Origin: Octopus bimaculoides
Taxonomy: Eukaryota
Length of the DNA: 42,291 nucleotides
Assembly: GCF_001194135.2 (NCBI RefSeq)
Contig: NC_069000.1
Coordinates: 17,625,636-17,667,926 of the forward strand
Reading direction: 5' to 3'
Shown: piece after piece, positions 1-13,930 of the stretch
Numbering within the stretch: the first letter of the stretch is position 1
Layout of the letters: each line of letters starts with the position of its first letter
Position numbers and translations under genes: made by a program
The notes under the pieces: model-generated
Told to the model about the DNA's origin: nothing
The model's database searches: none
What the model saw: only the letters and a program-made list of their open reading frames with translations

Positions 1-90
1 AGTGCTTGTATTTAATCTAGTACATTATCTAGAAGGTTTACTATTTTTTAAGTTTGTATTTGTTATAATTTTTAGTCGAACTCCTTAAAT

Positions 91-581
91 CAGGGGTGGG
101 GAAACCCCCATCCGCGGGTACAATTGCTTCCGCAGGCTGATATAGTTGTATGTAAAAAATATAGTAAATTTTTCAATTATAAAATTTATACAATACTCGT
201 ATGTCGCTTTGCGATATAGGTCGCGTTTCCACTACGACTTAAAACGGTTAGACTCGAACAGAAAATCGTCCGGCAATTGCCATTTGGATGGAAATTTTGT
301 TTTCACAATAAGACACATATTGTACCACCCCCTTGAGACCCAACTAGACTCTAGCTGAAAAATATAGAATACCTCATAAGTAATATAAACGTCCTAAATT
401 CAATGCAGTGTTAATGAAGATGTTACGTGTTCATTTAAACTTATCTTTATAAATGTATATCGACTTATACATAGATATATACAAGATTTACACAGATATA
501 AGAGTTAGAACTTGTGATCCGCCCGCGGATCTTTGTTTGGGAAACTTTTGGCCGCCGCACTAAAAAGTTTCCCCACCCCTG
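91..581. mobile_element. Non-autonomous hAT-type DNA transposon (MITE)
   Basis: Perfect 15-bp terminal inverted repeats CAGGGGTGGGGAAAC (91-105, 567-581). Flanks ccttaaat (83-90) and ccttaact (582-589) match at 7/8, fitting an 8-bp hAT target-site duplication. No transposase ORF. Confidence 0.85.
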
Positions 582-1479
582 CCTTAACTATACTAATTAG
601 TGTTTTGTTAATTAGTGTCAATGCTGTATCCGCTCATATTGCAGGATACAGCTAACCCGTCATCTTTGAATATTCCTATATAGTGGATTGTATTCTAGTT
701 TTTGCGTGTGTAGTATATACAATGCGCTTAAATCAGGTTTTTTCCTTCGTATATACGTACGCATGTATGAAAATAAGTATGCATGTATGTATACAATTAA
801 AGAAAGACAAAGAGAAAGAGTGTATTATAGTGGTTTGTTTCTTTCGCTTTCTGTCTCTGTTCCGCTATAATATTTGAAGAGGATTCTTCGAAGTAGAAAA
901 TTTATTAAAGATATATTAAAACTATTTTATTAAAACTGCATTGTCATAGCTTTCAAATGTGTGTGTCTGACTGTGTGTTTAGGTGTGTCTGTGTTTGTAT
1001 GTATGTATGTATGTATAATTCCCCTGGGGCAGATCTCCATTGCCAGCACTGTGGCATTGTTTCCTAAGTGTGGTTTATTTTTAATCACAGAAGGATATTG
1101 AGTAACCAGAGAATTTATAAATAACAAACGAGAAGTATTCTTTTTATAGAATTAATAGACAGCGAAAATTAAGAGGTCAGCTATCGACTAAAGAAACATG
1201 CAAATTAGTTTCGTTTTCCCGTTGTTTTTCTTCTTTTACATTGCTAATGCCATTGGAATATAACTCCGTAGGGGGCTATATATTTCAACACAAATCTTTC
1301 CTATCTCTTCATTATTTTCTCTGATCGTTCCTTCCTTTCGCCATCTCCATCAAAAGCCTTTGTACGCTCGCTAAACCTACTAGAAAATAACAGCCATATC
1401 TCCTTCAAATCATATCCTCCTATTTCAAAAATAGTGCACTTTACTTAAGAATAAGACAAGACAGCTAAGGCTAGAAGGC

Positions 1480-1820
1480 CTTTGATCGTGAACAGCCTGC
1501 TCGTGAAATTAACGTGCAAGTGGCTGAGCAATCCACAGACACGTGTACCATTAACGTAGTTCTCGGGGATATTCAGCGTGACACAGTGTGACAAGGCTGA
1601 CCCTTTGAAATACAGGTACAACAGAAACAGGAAGAAAGAGTGAGAGAAAGTTGTGGTGGAAGAGTACAGCAGGGTTCGCCACCATCCCCTGCCGGAGCCA
1701 CGCGGAGCTTTAGGTGTTTTCACTCAATAAACACTCACAACGCCCGGTCTGGGAATCGAAACCGCGATCCTATGACCGCGAGTCCGCTGCCCTAACCACT
1801 GGGCCATTGCGCCTCCACTC
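1480..1820 (-). mobile_element. tRNA-derived SINE
   Basis: The minus strand of ~1745-1818 reads ggcgcaatggcccagtggttagggcagcggactcgcggtcataggatcgcggtttcgattccc, a tRNA-like head with A-box and B-box-like motifs. The body matches degraded pieces near 26220-26300 and 27960-28000. Confidence 0.75.
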
Positions 1821-2369
1821 AATTATTGATAACTTAGGGCTAAACAGCAACACACTACCAAAGATCTCAGGTTGAGTGTCTCTGTTAGAAACGATATAAC
1901 ATGTATGTTTTACCACTACCACCTGGTGGTGTTGGTGGTGGTGGTGGTGTGATAATGGTAGTGGTGGGAGAGTGGTGGGGTGATGTTAGTGATGGTGGTA
2001 ATTATGGTAGTGGTTGTGGCGGTGGTGGTGGCAATAATGTTTTGCAATTAAATTTCGACTTCTAGTTGAGGCGTTTCACTTACCTTGTTCTTCGAGTGTT
2101 TTTTTTTTTTTTTCTCGTGTGCTCGAGAATGTTGACACCTCTCACGTCACTGGAATGTGACATACATGAAACTGAAAGCCTCCAAGTGTTTGGCAACGCG
2201 ACAGTTCTTCGTGAATAAGTGTTCACTGTTACATGCCTCTCAGAGAATTGTGCCAATGAAGAAATGGTAAGGAACTGGCGGAACAGTCAGATTAGTTCTC
2301 TGAATAATTGCTTCAAATTTTTGGCACAAGGTCACAAGGTATTTTTAGTGGGAGGGAATTAGTCTATTA

Positions 2370-2530
2370 CACCGACACCAATATTTAACTGGTATTTCAT
2401 TTTATCGATCGCGAAAGGATGAAAGGCGCTATTGGCCAAGGCAGAATTAGAACTCAGAACGCAAAGAGTTGGCACTAATGCTGTTAAGCATTTTATCCGA
2501 CGCACTTTACGATTCTGCAAGCTTGCCGCT
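2370..2530 (-). mobile_element. SINE family A copy (degraded)
   Basis: Reverse complement of the gagttc(a)aattc...gcctttcatcc...cgataaa unit seen at 6996-7130. Confidence 0.75.
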
Positions 2531-2639
2531 TTAGTTTCTTTGAATAACACAAGAACAATATGTCATATTTTATGGTGCCTATACGGTTAAGAAGTTCACT
2601 TCGTATCTATGCGTTTCTGGATTTGATCCAACCGCTTAG

Positions 2640-2735
2640 CAGCTTGAGTAAGTGTATTCTACCATAGCTTCGGGTCGACCAAAGCATTTTGAGTGAAATT
2701 TGCAAAACGGAAAATGACGGAAGCCCGTCGGAGTT
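2640..2735 (-). mobile_element. SINE family B fragment
   Basis: Reverse complement of the ccgaccaaagc...gacggaaa segment found in the copies at 23985 and 31405. Confidence 0.6.
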
Positions 2736-4819
2736 AGCGTTCCTGTTTTGCGGATGCTTTTAGCTGAATCTACTCCATTGCAAGCACAATGATCAGATTT
2801 TCGGTGTGAGAATAACTTATTCCTTCCTTCCACTGGTCTCGAAGGTCCAAAAATGTCAAGGGCGCTAACCTTTACTAAGCTATTTAAAAAGCAATGTGGA
2901 ATAACTATAGTTGTAATTGACAAGGTGAATTAGGTTATCGATTAGCCAGCCGAATAATTCACAGTTCGAATTCGCTATATGGTTGCACTGCCTGCCAAAA
3001 ATATCATATTCCATCTTCTTAGAAATTGGGAAGGACACGTTGAATGATGTAGACCTATGTACACTATGTCTGGAGAGAGAAAAAAAAAGACAGACATTTC
3101 ACGAGTGAAACGTCTTTGCTGGACCAGGGCTTGCCTAAGGCTGAAAAACGATGAAATATTCAATTCTATTCCAGCCATTAAATGCGTTATGGAGGTTATC
3201 ATTAACTACTTTAGACTTCACAGTGATAGCAACAAGTTTACAAGATGAACTAGATGAACTACAACTATTACTAAATAAATAACTAAAAACTACAGCCCTA
3301 TTTTATTCTACGAAAGTAAAAAATTTTGAAGGAAAGTAGTTTATAGGATCGCGTGCACTAAATATCAACCCTTAAATTCCGACCTTAATATCAACACTAA
3401 AATTCCGACCTTAATTCAGATTCAAATAGCATTATTGTTTTAAAACATTCTACTGACGGTGAAACTAAAGACAGTATAGGTAGATAAATAAGCAAACTAA
3501 TGGCTTCCAGATTTTGCTTTGCAGACGACAGTTTCTTGTCTGTACGAACCACACATGTGTGTTATTAAACTGATATTTATAACATGATACAATTCGAAGC
3601 TCGGAAATACTTTTACTTATTCGTATTCTGCACAATTGACATTTTGTCTGGAATTTTTCAGAAGAAGCAACATGGCCATCTTCGGTTGAGATACAAGAAG
3701 TATATCTGGATTATCTAAAATAAACTAATTGAAAGCAGAGTAAGAATCAAGGATCAAGAATCTCAAGCTAATCTACGAAAATATCTGGAAAAAAAATTAC
3801 TTCAAACTGTTTCTTTGTTTCCTTTCATTATCTTTTTTGTTGCTTTTTTGCTTATCTTTGTTTACTGATCACATGATTATCGTTAAATCCCTGCTGACAA
3901 TCATGTTTTTTGTTTGGGCTACTTATTTGTTTGTTTGTTTGCTTGTTTGCTTGTTTGTTTGCTTGTCTGTTTGGATATTTTTTTCGATGGGAGGAGGCGT
4001 CCAATAGGCAAACCGTTCTATATGTTCTATATATCTTTGAATATATACAGGATATCCTGGAGTTGAAGCAAGAAAAAAAATGGCTGAATCAAATAAATAA
4101 ACTTTAAAAATATGTTACAAATGAATGTGACGACTAGCTAGCAGAATCAATAAGATATAGGTTAGGAAAAGAGAGAGAGAGAGAGAAAAAGAGAGATTCC
4201 ATTGTCTGTGTTTCATGGCAGAACACACATAGTACTCTTCGAAATCTTTCAATAGTACTTTACATTTGAACTGGAATTGGGAGCTGAAGATGTAGGTGAA
4301 TGTTGTTTTGCCGTGAGGTAAAGTAGGAAGAAAGAGAAAGCATTAAAAATAACATTAGTTTTTTCGTATTGCTGATCTAGCGAAACCAGGGCAAGCATAT
4401 ACATTTCGAACAATTTATCAAGACATTTTAAGTTACAGATTCTATTTCACAGTAATTATGACTGTGCAAGTAATTCTATACCCATCAAACTAAGTAGTTA
4501 ACTGCGGGTGTAATATATGAAACCCTTAATTTTTATTTTTATTTTAAACGTTTATTTTCGTTATTTTATGTCTTATGTCCCCGTCAGAAAATGTGAGAAT
4601 TTAACTCTATAAATACATCATCGGCATACATTTAAAAAAAAAAAATTGGTTCTACGTCTCTCATTCTTCTCACTCAGCAACATTTCCCTGTATTCCTTCC
4701 ACTTACTTAAGAAACTGTTCTAATTTACCATCTAATTTATTTTGTTTATCCAATTTATAGCCGACTTTCATTTTATTTATATAAGTTATATTGTATACTT
4801 TATTTTATTCAATACTATA

Positions 4820-4990
4820 AGCGGTGGATTAGCAGAATAGTTTAGAGCGACGGACAAAATTCTTTGCGATATTTCGTTTCAGCACTTTATGTTGAGCTCG
4901 AATTACATTGTGGTCAACTTTGCAATATATTTTCGGGATCAAAAATATATAAAAGTACCAATCAAGTTGCTTTAAGACACTATAGTGGTA
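4820..4990 (-). mobile_element. SINE family A copy (degraded)
   Basis: Weak similarity to the reverse complement of 6996-7130. Confidence 0.6.
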
Positions 4991-5164
4991 CCTCCTAGCC
5001 ACTTTTTCCAATCCAAACAAAAGACTACGGCTGAGAATCTCGAAGATATCTTTTTAGTATTGCCTGCGCTTTAAAAACAAATGTGGACGTAAAACCAAAC
5101 GGCTACAGCATTCCTGTGAAGAGCAGCGATCATTATTAGCTTATCAAAGATGTCACAGCAATCC

Positions 5165-6452
5165 TACAAGGTCGGTCGATAAAAGTTAACGAACATTATC
5201 ACTTTTCTTTCGAAATAATCATATTTATTTCTATCAAAATAGTTCCTTTCATTGTTGAGACACGGCTACGAAGGAGTGAGATGGAGGGAATTCCAGTTAT
5301 GGTACACGTCCTGAAATGAGTCTTCTCTTCAGAAGTTGTACGCGGTTCTCGTTGCGAATTTTTCTTCGATCTCTTCTATCATCTGAAACTGGTGACATCT
5401 AAAGGTGAATTTCAACTTTAGGAACAAAAGACAATCCGCAGAATCTGGCGGCTTGGCTGAGAATCATCTTGTGCTTCGCTAAGTAGTCTTGCATGATCAG
5501 ATACTTTGTCGTGATGCAGTATCGAGGTTTTGTTTGTCTTTGTCTCAGGCCCAGAAGTTACTAGAGGGTAACTGCTCAGGCCTCTTCCTTTCCACCACTC
5601 CCTCAAATGCGTCTGGGACATTCAAGTAAAACTTTTTATTGATTGACAATATGGAACAAAATCTTGATAGACGACATCCTTCTAATAAGAATAAGACGAT
5701 CATCATCACCTTTACATTTGAGCGATTCTGATGTGCTTCTTTTCTTTCTATCGCAGCGACCATGAACCAGCCTATTGCGATGACTTCGTCTTTTGTTTTG
5801 TCATCATAACCATACACCTACGTTTAGATTATGTCTGTTATGACATTTGGCATGAAGTGCTCATCAGCATTCGAACAATCAAACAACTCCTAGTTGTTTT
5901 GTTGTTGCTGCAATACGATATGACTTCAATTTTTTCTTTCAAAATCATGACATGCACATTTACAGATGCCTACTTCGTCAAAAATTTCAAGGACGATTAA
6001 GCGATGACTTTTAGAGATCACAGACTGCATTGCTGTAATGTGATCAGCGTCTGTTGTTGTGGAAGGACCAGATTTGCGGTTGTCTTTGGTGAATGTTGTT
6101 CCAAATTTGAAACGTTAATTCCACTCGTGACATTCTACGTATTGCAAACAATCTTCCCCGTAGAGGAATTATTACATTAAAAATGTCTCCGAAAAAAACT
6201 AAAGAAGTTTTTTTTTTCCTCAATTTGAAACAGAATTTCAAATAAAAATGTAACTCGATTAAGTCTTTCCTTGTTTAACTTGTAAAAAATTGCAAAATAC
6301 GCCATATATATTTTCACTTTAGCACACGAAGATTGATGACTAACTGTTGTGCCTTGATGTGGCTATCATTAGATTGAATATCACAGAGCTGTAGTCGCAA
6401 ACTAGTTGACGAGCAGTTTTAAAATCCTGTTTCTTTTTGGACAAACTTCGCA
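5165..6452 (-). mobile_element. Degenerate mariner (Tc1/mariner) transposon
   Basis: Minus-strand frames give YGYDDKTK, RSNVKVMMIVLF, INKKFYLNV...RKRPE and ILHHDK..H, matching mariner DD34D motifs (YGYDPETK, RSNVKVML, LHHDNAPAH). A TA-flanked TIR-like end is at 5165 and a degenerate counterpart near 6429-6452. Many frameshifts. Confidence 0.85.
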
Positions 6453-6995
6453 TTTTAACAGAATTTGTTACACGTCTCTCATTTGCTTGACGCAAGTCGA
6501 AAAAAGCTGAATTTTATTTTATAAATCAAATATAGGAATTTTTTTCTGTTTGGCTGCCAGCATTTCAAACATTAAAGTTTATCGAAAATTTAAAAATGAA
6601 AGTTAATTACATGCACAAAGGGTTAAATAAATAGCGATACAGAAAACATTGTTGTCAAAAATGACGGAATAGTCACAACCGGAACGCCTTTAATCATAAA
6701 TATGCTCAATGCTAAAAAACTAAAGAACAATAAGAATTTTCGAAATAAGTGAAGCACTTAGTTGTAAATAATTATAAGAATTCCTGGAATGCTGTAAATT
6801 TCAATTGCTCTGAGAATTAGACTTTAGCCTCCTCTCAATAAAATAAATTCCACAAACTATTTTTGATAAAGTATTACCGTCACAGTCCTTCGCCTGTTTC
6901 CTCGGATTCTGAATTTTGCACAGTAAATGGTGCCACTTCAGTGGGCAGTCTACTTCTAAAAGAGCTTTATACTGCAAGATTATAAAAACAAGTAA

Positions 6996-7130
6996 GGCGG
7001 CGAGCTGGCAGAAACGTTAGCGCGCCGGGCGAATTGCTTATCAGTATTTCGTCTTCCCTTACGTTCTGAGTTCAAATTCCGCCGAGGTCGACTTTGCCTT
7101 TCATCCTTTTGGGGTCGATAAATTAAGTAC
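6996..7130 (+). mobile_element. SINE family A (tRNA-derived head)
   Basis: ggcggcgagctggcagaaacgttag...gagttcaaattcc contains Pol III A-box and B-box-like motifs. At least 7 related copies occur in the window. Confidence 0.85.
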
Positions 7131-7860
7131 TATTGGATGTGGAGAAGGGTTTGCCTCAACTTGGCTCGCTTCACAACGTCAATGGGATGCTAGAGATAAC
7201 TGTCGAATACATTGTCATTGCGTAGAGAACCAAGAAAAAATACGTCTGACGAAGACCATCATTTTACAGGATCTTAACTAAGACTGATAACTGCAAGTAC
7301 AGCGAATAAGTGAAAACAGCTCAACTAAGAATCGAACTTGTATTGTACAGCGCGTGCATCACCATCATCGGTGTGTAGCAAGGTCAGACAATAGCATGTA
7401 TACTTGTGAGAGATATTTTTTACAGACTCAATTCTGTTATAGTGTCAGCCAACGACAATGTGTGTAGGCGTTATTACAGTAGTAACCTGATCGGTACATA
7501 GAAAGCTAAAATAGTATGGTATTCCCCTTAGATATTCGATTCTCATACTCGGTCTCCATCTGTGTCAGTTATGTCAGCCTACTTATAGACTTCATGCAAG
7601 TGAGAATTCAACATGTTCCCACCAGTTTTTCTTCTTTTTTTTCGAGTCATTTCGTTTTTATATTTATTTATGTTTGTCTTCGTATATTGTTTCCATAATA
7701 CATATCTCGTATCATCACTGCGCATGTTCAACCTTCTCAACTTTGATCAGACGATTAATCACAGATAAACTTATTCATTGCCATTAATATGACCCAATCT
7801 CAGTACTACACATGAGAAAAGCATGAATCATACACTCCCCCTTATTCTAGCCACACCCCT

Positions 7861-7891
<31 letters not shown>

Positions 7892-9384
7892 CGATCCTTT
7901 GTGTCTGGCCAAGAGAAATCATAATTATGATATCTGCTTTATTTCTTTTATACCACTAATACTCTTGGGAACGTTATGACTATCACAGTATCTCAGTTTC
8001 CTTCATCTAAAAAATATGACTGAATGATTTAGCAACAGAAATCAATTTTGTAATCTCAGCTTTTCTTACGCTGCTATCGCTCTTAAAACAACATGAATGT
8101 CTCGACTTCCCAACGAACGTAGCACACAAGGGTAAGCTGCAAACAAATGAGGAAGTCTCTGCGTAATCTCTCGACCTGCTAGAAACAGTAATCGTACCTC
8201 CTTTAAATTACTATCTTACTTACATAAGCCTTTCGCTCCTGATGGAGCAGAGGCTATCGATGACTTCACTTAACTGTTCTCGATTCTAGGTTGTTTTTAT
8301 CAAGGTCACTTTTGTTTTGTAGGGAGAAAGGGACCCTAATTTGTGTATCTAGATGTTTTCCTGAGGAAAGGTCTATCTCTCCTGAGTCTTAAATTTGAAC
8401 TGTCATCGATGCTGCTCCTGCTGTAAGTTTACTTTTCTTCTAGGTAAGGGTGTTGGCCCTATACAAACCCATTTTTACCTCTTGAAAGAGGTGATCCCTA
8501 TTAAGTTGGTTTTTTACCCTTTAATCTTTCCAGCATGTAGAGAGCCCTACAACGAGATTGTACTCTCATGATCTTTGAGGCACGTAAGCCCCCACACCGC
8601 AACAATAACTGGACCTTGTGGTGGTAAATTACTCTCTATATAAAAAGACACATGGGATGAAGAAGTCCTAGATGCACTATGTATGAATAAACGATGAGAC
8701 GGTTATTGTTTAGAGCTTCGTTGGTTGGTCATAGGTCTTCTTATTGAGGGATGACCTTGCCACCGATGTGCTGTGTCTTTTGCCTATCTTTTCTGTTATT
8801 ATGACTGCAGTTGCCGTGACAGTGACAGAAGAGACAGAATAAATTGTATAACAACAAACGCAACAAAATCCAACAGATCCACTTGCCTCTCCTCTTGTCA
8901 TCATCCTTACTCCACAAACTTTGTACAAAACACTATTTAATCTTTATTTTCCTAGAGTTGTAACCTTCAATTCCATTCCACGTTTACCCTACAATTTTTG
9001 GTAGAAGTAAATGTGCGTTGTGGCGTTTGTTTGTTTCTTATCGTTGATAGTCATTGAGACTACAAGTGACAATTTACTTTAATTTCTCATTTATTTTATT
9101 TCTCTAATCAGATTATTAAAATCATTGTAATTTATGGATGATTTTTACACTTACGTTCATCTTTATTTTCACACGTACTGTACTGACTATAACAGACGAG
9201 ACTATTGGATAGTGGCAAAGCTATCACGTGAATTATGTGTTCAAATACCCTGCAAGCATTTCGTTGTGTTCTCAGACAGACCACTTTGTCCTACATGTCT
9301 CCAATCATCGTCTAAGGTAAAGGATAAGTTACCAGAACGTTTCTAGAATAGAGATTTTATCGTTTATCTGGTTAACGCTACATA

Positions 9385-10600
9385 CAAGGGTCGGTTGAAA
9401 AGTTCATAGGGCGACCAAGATACTCTGTGACCAACCGAGTTTTATTTTTCAACATAGTTACCCCGTACGGTCCATATACTTTTTCCATCGGTGTTCCAGT
9501 GTTTGGATCCCATTGGTGAAGAAGCTTTGGTCAAAAAAGTCATCATCACTGCGATATTGGTTCCCAACCAAGTGTTTTTTCATGTTGAGGAACAGGTGAT
9601 TGTCAGATGGGGCCAAATCAGGAGAATAAGGAGTCTGATCAACCACTTCGAAGCCACAGTCACGTACAGCAGCCATTTAAACCAAGGACTTGCGTGCCAG
9701 AGCATTGTCCTCATGAAACAAAACCCTTTTCGTCAGTTTTTCCGAGTGTTTGGTCTTGATAGTCTTTTGCAACTGTCTCATCAAGTTGGTATAGTACTCT
9801 CCATTGATGGTGTGACCCTTTTGAAAATAGTCAATGCTTTTTTGCATTCCAAAAGATTCCCTGCCGATAAAACAATCTTGGCCTTCTTTGGAGCAGGTGA
9901 GGAGGGGGTTGTCTCTTTGTCTTTGGCACAAAGTGATGAACCCAACACTCATCCTAGATTAGGAAACGTTCAAGGAAACCAGCTGGATGTGCCTCAAACA
10001 ATGTCAGATTTTACCATGATACGATCAACCTGGTACGCTTTTGATCAGGTGCCAGAAGACGTGGCAGCCACCGAGCAGAACCTTTTTCATGCCAAGTTCA
10101 TTGCACAGGACATTCTCAACTCTCTCGCGAGATATGCTAATAGCATTGGTTATTTGGTTTATAGTCAATCGCCTGTCATCCATCTCCATGTAGTGAACAT
10201 GATCAATGTTTTCCTCTGTGGTGGCAGTTCCAGGACGTCCAGACCTTAGATCATCTTCAAGACTCTCCCTTCCCCTCCTAAATTCGGTTGCCCACTTTTT
10301 CACTGTTGATATAAAGCTGGAGCGTCACACCCAAGGTAGCAATCACGTCAGCATGAATGTTCTTGGGGCTAAACCCTTTTTCTGCAGGTACTTGATAACA
10401 CAATGATGCCAAATCTTTTCCATTTTCAAGAGAAGTTGCTATTTGTTACTTTTGAAGTCTTCTTTGAAGAGTCAGATATCAGTTTACATGGAAAGAAACA
10501 ATGCAGTTATTGTTAAGAAGAATTAAAATTAATGCTTGCATTTCATCGCTCTGGCATCAATCCTTCATAGTCAGCCTATGAACTTTCCAGCTCACTCTCG
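9385..10600 (-). mobile_element. Near full-length mariner transposon (Hsmar1/SETMAR-like transposase pseudogene)
   Basis: ORF pieces WATEFRRGRESLEDDLRSGRP (HTH), INGEYYTNL...LFHEDNA and PYSPDLAPSD. About 28-bp imperfect TIRs (9385-9410 vs 10575-10600), TA at 9383-9384. Length about 1.2 kb, frameshifted. Confidence 0.95.
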
Positions 10601-11104
10601 AATGAACACTGATCTTGTGAGTCTTTCAAGTTGATGAGGCGATTAACTTAGCTTCAAGGTTAACTTATGCAAGTATCGTAAACATTGGAGTAAGCTCTCG
10701 GTATGCTGCTAAATCTTGTGATATTGGAGGTTGATTTCCGGTTGGCATATTTTTCACTTCACTTACTTTCCAAGTTACAGTGATATTCTAGGTTAGTCAT
10801 TCTTAGTTTAAAGACTGTTGAACTCCACCTTATTGACATGTCTTCTCATACATTATAGGAAATACGAAATCCTCGATGGGGAATCCAACTACCCTTTAAG
10901 ACTAAATTAATTGTTTGTAATTAAAGCATGTTCTGCCATTCATGAACAGAAAGAGCTTGTAGTGTAAGTACATAATTTAGGTTTCTATGGGGTCACCACA
11001 ATATCTATGAAAGAGTTTTTTTCCTATGGCCATTTCTGAATGGGGATTGTGAGAATTAAAACCTTGAGACTCTAAGTAGAGGTTTGCAAGTTTTGTTTGA
11101 TGTC

Positions 11105-11188
11105 AGGCTTAACAGAGAGAGAGAGAGAGTGTGTGTGTGTGTGTGTGTATGTGTGTGTGTGCGTGTGCGTGCGTGTGTGTGTGTGTGT
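11105..11188. repeat. Compound (AG)n(TG)n microsatellite
   Basis: Directly visible. Confidence 0.95.
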
Positions 11189-11820
11189 CTAAAATAAAAC
11201 AAAAAAAGCTTGTTTTGTAGTACATATGTACTTTGTGTCTACATTTTCTTAAATTTATACTACTCAAAAATCCTATTGAATATCATATCAAAATAATTCG
11301 CTTCATAAATTAAACTGACGTACAAGCCTTTCTCGTATGTTTTAGCGGATATATGCTATAAGCACCTCTATATTTTTTCAAGGAATTTTCTTCTGGTTTC
11401 TGTTTTATTTGTAGTAGTTTATGATTCTACCAAAATAAGAAATTTTTTTAAAAATTGGTTGAAGGGTGAGGATTTAGAGCTGGAATTTATTGTTAGGATA
11501 GAAACAAATAAAAAAAAGTAAAAAGTTATATTCGGAACGTTTATCACACGACCCTGTCTATATTTTTTAATTTGAACAACGAAATTTTGTAACACGATGC
11601 ACAGCATTTGAAAAATTCGTACTACATTTTTTATGAAATTTATTTGATAACCCTGAATAATTCACTAGAATTTCCTAGGTATTCGTCAAGTGGATATCTT
11701 TATTTTCCTTCTGTCATTTGATATTTTCTTTGTTACATAACGAAATTTAATGAATTCGTATGGTTGTAAAAATTTTCGATACTTATAAATCCGGGCAATA
11801 CTGTATATGGTAGCAACTAG

Positions 11821-11821
<1 letters not shown>

Positions 11822-11858
<37 letters not shown>

Positions 11859-11950
11859 ATATACGTGTGTGTACATATACGTGTGTGTACATATACGTGT
11901 GCATATTTATGCCTGTGTGTCTCTGTGTGTGTATACGCGCACGTATGTGT
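11822..11950. repeat. (TG)n microsatellite with degenerate tail
   Basis: Directly visible. Explains the spurious CV/HT-repeat ORFs. Confidence 0.95.
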
Positions 11951-12398
11951 GTAGAATTATTATTATCCCCACATGAATTCCAGCTTGTCGGAATCACACG
12001 AAAGATATGCATTTCTGGGAATACATCTTTATTACAAAAACTCAGGTATGACACGCACTCCAAAGTTCAACTGATGAACCAATCGTTTTCTCTTGCTTCC
12101 TGTTTGAAAGTCGTCTCATATAATTTTCTCGGCTGGTGAACTGACGTAACGGATTCATAGAACCACAGGAGTAACTTTTCGATAAACAGAAGAAGTACAA
12201 ACTATTCAACATAACAACACAACACAACGCATGAACGTACCTTTCAGTTATTGTGTAGATTACATGTAGATTCATCTATTACGTGAAATCATCAAGGATG
12301 AAACTCCCTATACTAATCACTCTTATGTGCCCACAATTTGCATACACAATGCTGTATCCAATATTCGAATACTTGTCCAACATATTGTACATTACAGG

Positions 12399-12609
12399 AG
12401 GTGGTATGCTGGCAGAATTGTTAGCACGCCGGTCAAAATGCCTAGCGGCATTTCGTCCGTCTTTACGTTCTGAGTTCAAATTCCACCGAGGTCAACGCTC
12501 ATCCTTTCGGGGTCGATAAAATAAGTACTAATTAATCACTAGGATAGATGTAATCGACTTATCCGCATTACCACCCCGAAATTGCTTGCCTTGCGTCAAA
12601 TTTTGAAAC
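12399..12609 (+). mobile_element. SINE family A copy
   Basis: tggcagaattgttagcacgccgg...gagttcaaattccaccgaggtcaa...tttcggggtcgataaaataagtac, similar to 6996-7130. Confidence 0.85.
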
Positions 12610-13429
12610 TAATATATTGTACATTACACAAAAAGGCAATAAAGGTTGAAAACAAGCAAAAAGGGTTTTCGATCTTCTTTGTTTGGGTTTTTGTCCTCTT
12701 CTTTTTCATTTGGATGACCATAGAAATCTCAACACACGACAAACCATCCAGTTATGGGTTAGGCACTGATACAAGTCTATTCTTGCCAGATGCGCCAGTG
12801 TGAGTGAATACATACATGTTGGATACAGTCTATCTTGCAGGCACCAAACCATTCTCACCAAATACACCTACGAGTTTATCACATGCATACATTGACTCAC
12901 CAACCGACACAATCCCGTCTTCACCAGGTATACCAACGGGTTCAGAGGGAAAATCTTTTGTTTAATTTGACTTAGTTTGGTTACGAGATATATAAAACGC
13001 TATAGCAAATAAATTTCTCCTCTTTGGTTACTCGGCGTCTACCAAAAGCACATCTATCTTTCTTCCTTCTTCTTTCTGTCCGGTGCCGATGGGACTATAA
13101 CCTGCTTATACTCTCTACTTACCTAGACTTTATTGCTCTGTCTCTCTTTAGTAGTCATACACAAATTAATTTACTAGCTACACAATGGATTCAATATCAA
13201 CAAATAACCTGTGTACTAACTACAAGTTATTTTGCATATTGTAACGACCATCATAACAATCATATAATAAGTGGCCGTCTTAATCAGTTTATATTGTTCT
13301 TCTTCAATCATTTATTCTATGCATATCGCAATACATAACAGTTATACTTTGTGACTATCATATATACGTTACACGTTCATGTCTGATCCAAATCTAGAAT
13401 TGCTAGTAATACCTGAACAGTTATTGAAT

Positions 13430-13930
13430 ATATAGATGACGATATCTATTTTATACCATCTTCTTTCTAATCCAGCATGGAGAGCTTTAACACTGTGAAT
13501 ATTAAAACTGGGTACCTCATCGCACTTTAACCTGAAAGAGGCAAGTGTAATTTTCGACAGTATCCGTTTGCCAGTGACAGAGCAAATAGTCTGCTGCTTT
13601 AGCATGGGTTCGTCTTACACCTTCCTTTCGTCGATCTTAACAAATTCATTCCACAAATATTTAGTATCTCGCACACTACCAATGCAGATTTCTTTCATAA
13701 TTGTATCCATTTCTACCGCTTGATTATTTCCTTTTCTTCATCAAGGTTGTTACTGTTCACCTGTGTAATACCTATTTTTAGGAGTTTCATGATGCAGACT
13801 TTCTAACAAAAGAATTATATTGGCGATATTGACACACGAACACATGAGGCATTTGAAAAGAGAACAAATTGTGGTCTGGTTGTAGTTCGACAAACTTCGA
13901 CTTTCGACAGATACATTTGGATACTGTTGC
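13430..13930 (-). mobile_element. Degenerate DNA transposase remnant, tentatively Sola2-like
   Basis: Frameshifted minus-strand pieces SKFVELQPDHNLFSFQMPHVFVCQY/ANIILLLESL (~13795-13900) and QTDTVENYTCLFQ (~13532-13570) resemble the SKF..LRP.H...MPH.VCVC.YHEN..LLL and Q.DF.ENY....Q motifs I recall from that family. Family assignment is from memory and the element limits are uncertain. Confidence 0.45.

Noticed and set aside
1745-1818. tRNA-like sequences here and at 6996 and 16840 as possible tRNA genes
   Set aside because: Acceptor stems are incomplete and each continues into a repeat body, so they are SINE heads.
8710-8930. Minus-strand frames with a signal-peptide-like hydrophobic Cys-rich stretch (KWICWILLRLLLYNLFCLFCHCHG)
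   Set aside because: No in-frame start codon, no convincing splice sites and no homology I can recognise.
9491-10249. 252-aa + strand ORF, the longest gap-free ORF in the window
   Set aside because: It is the antisense shadow of the mariner transposase on the minus strand and has no recognisable domain.
10620-11090. Possible further Penelope RT remnant on the minus strand (also 19880-20150)
   Set aside because: Motifs are too degraded to support a call by eye.
12582-12965. + strand frame with a hydrophobic stretch and an S/T/P-rich tail, plus a candidate exon at 12841-12927 (cttgcAG...CAG|gtatac)
   Set aside because: The frame starts inside a SINE, contains an in-frame TGA and has no family similarity. 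The candidate exon is phase 1 to phase 1, whereas exon A needs a phase 2 donor.
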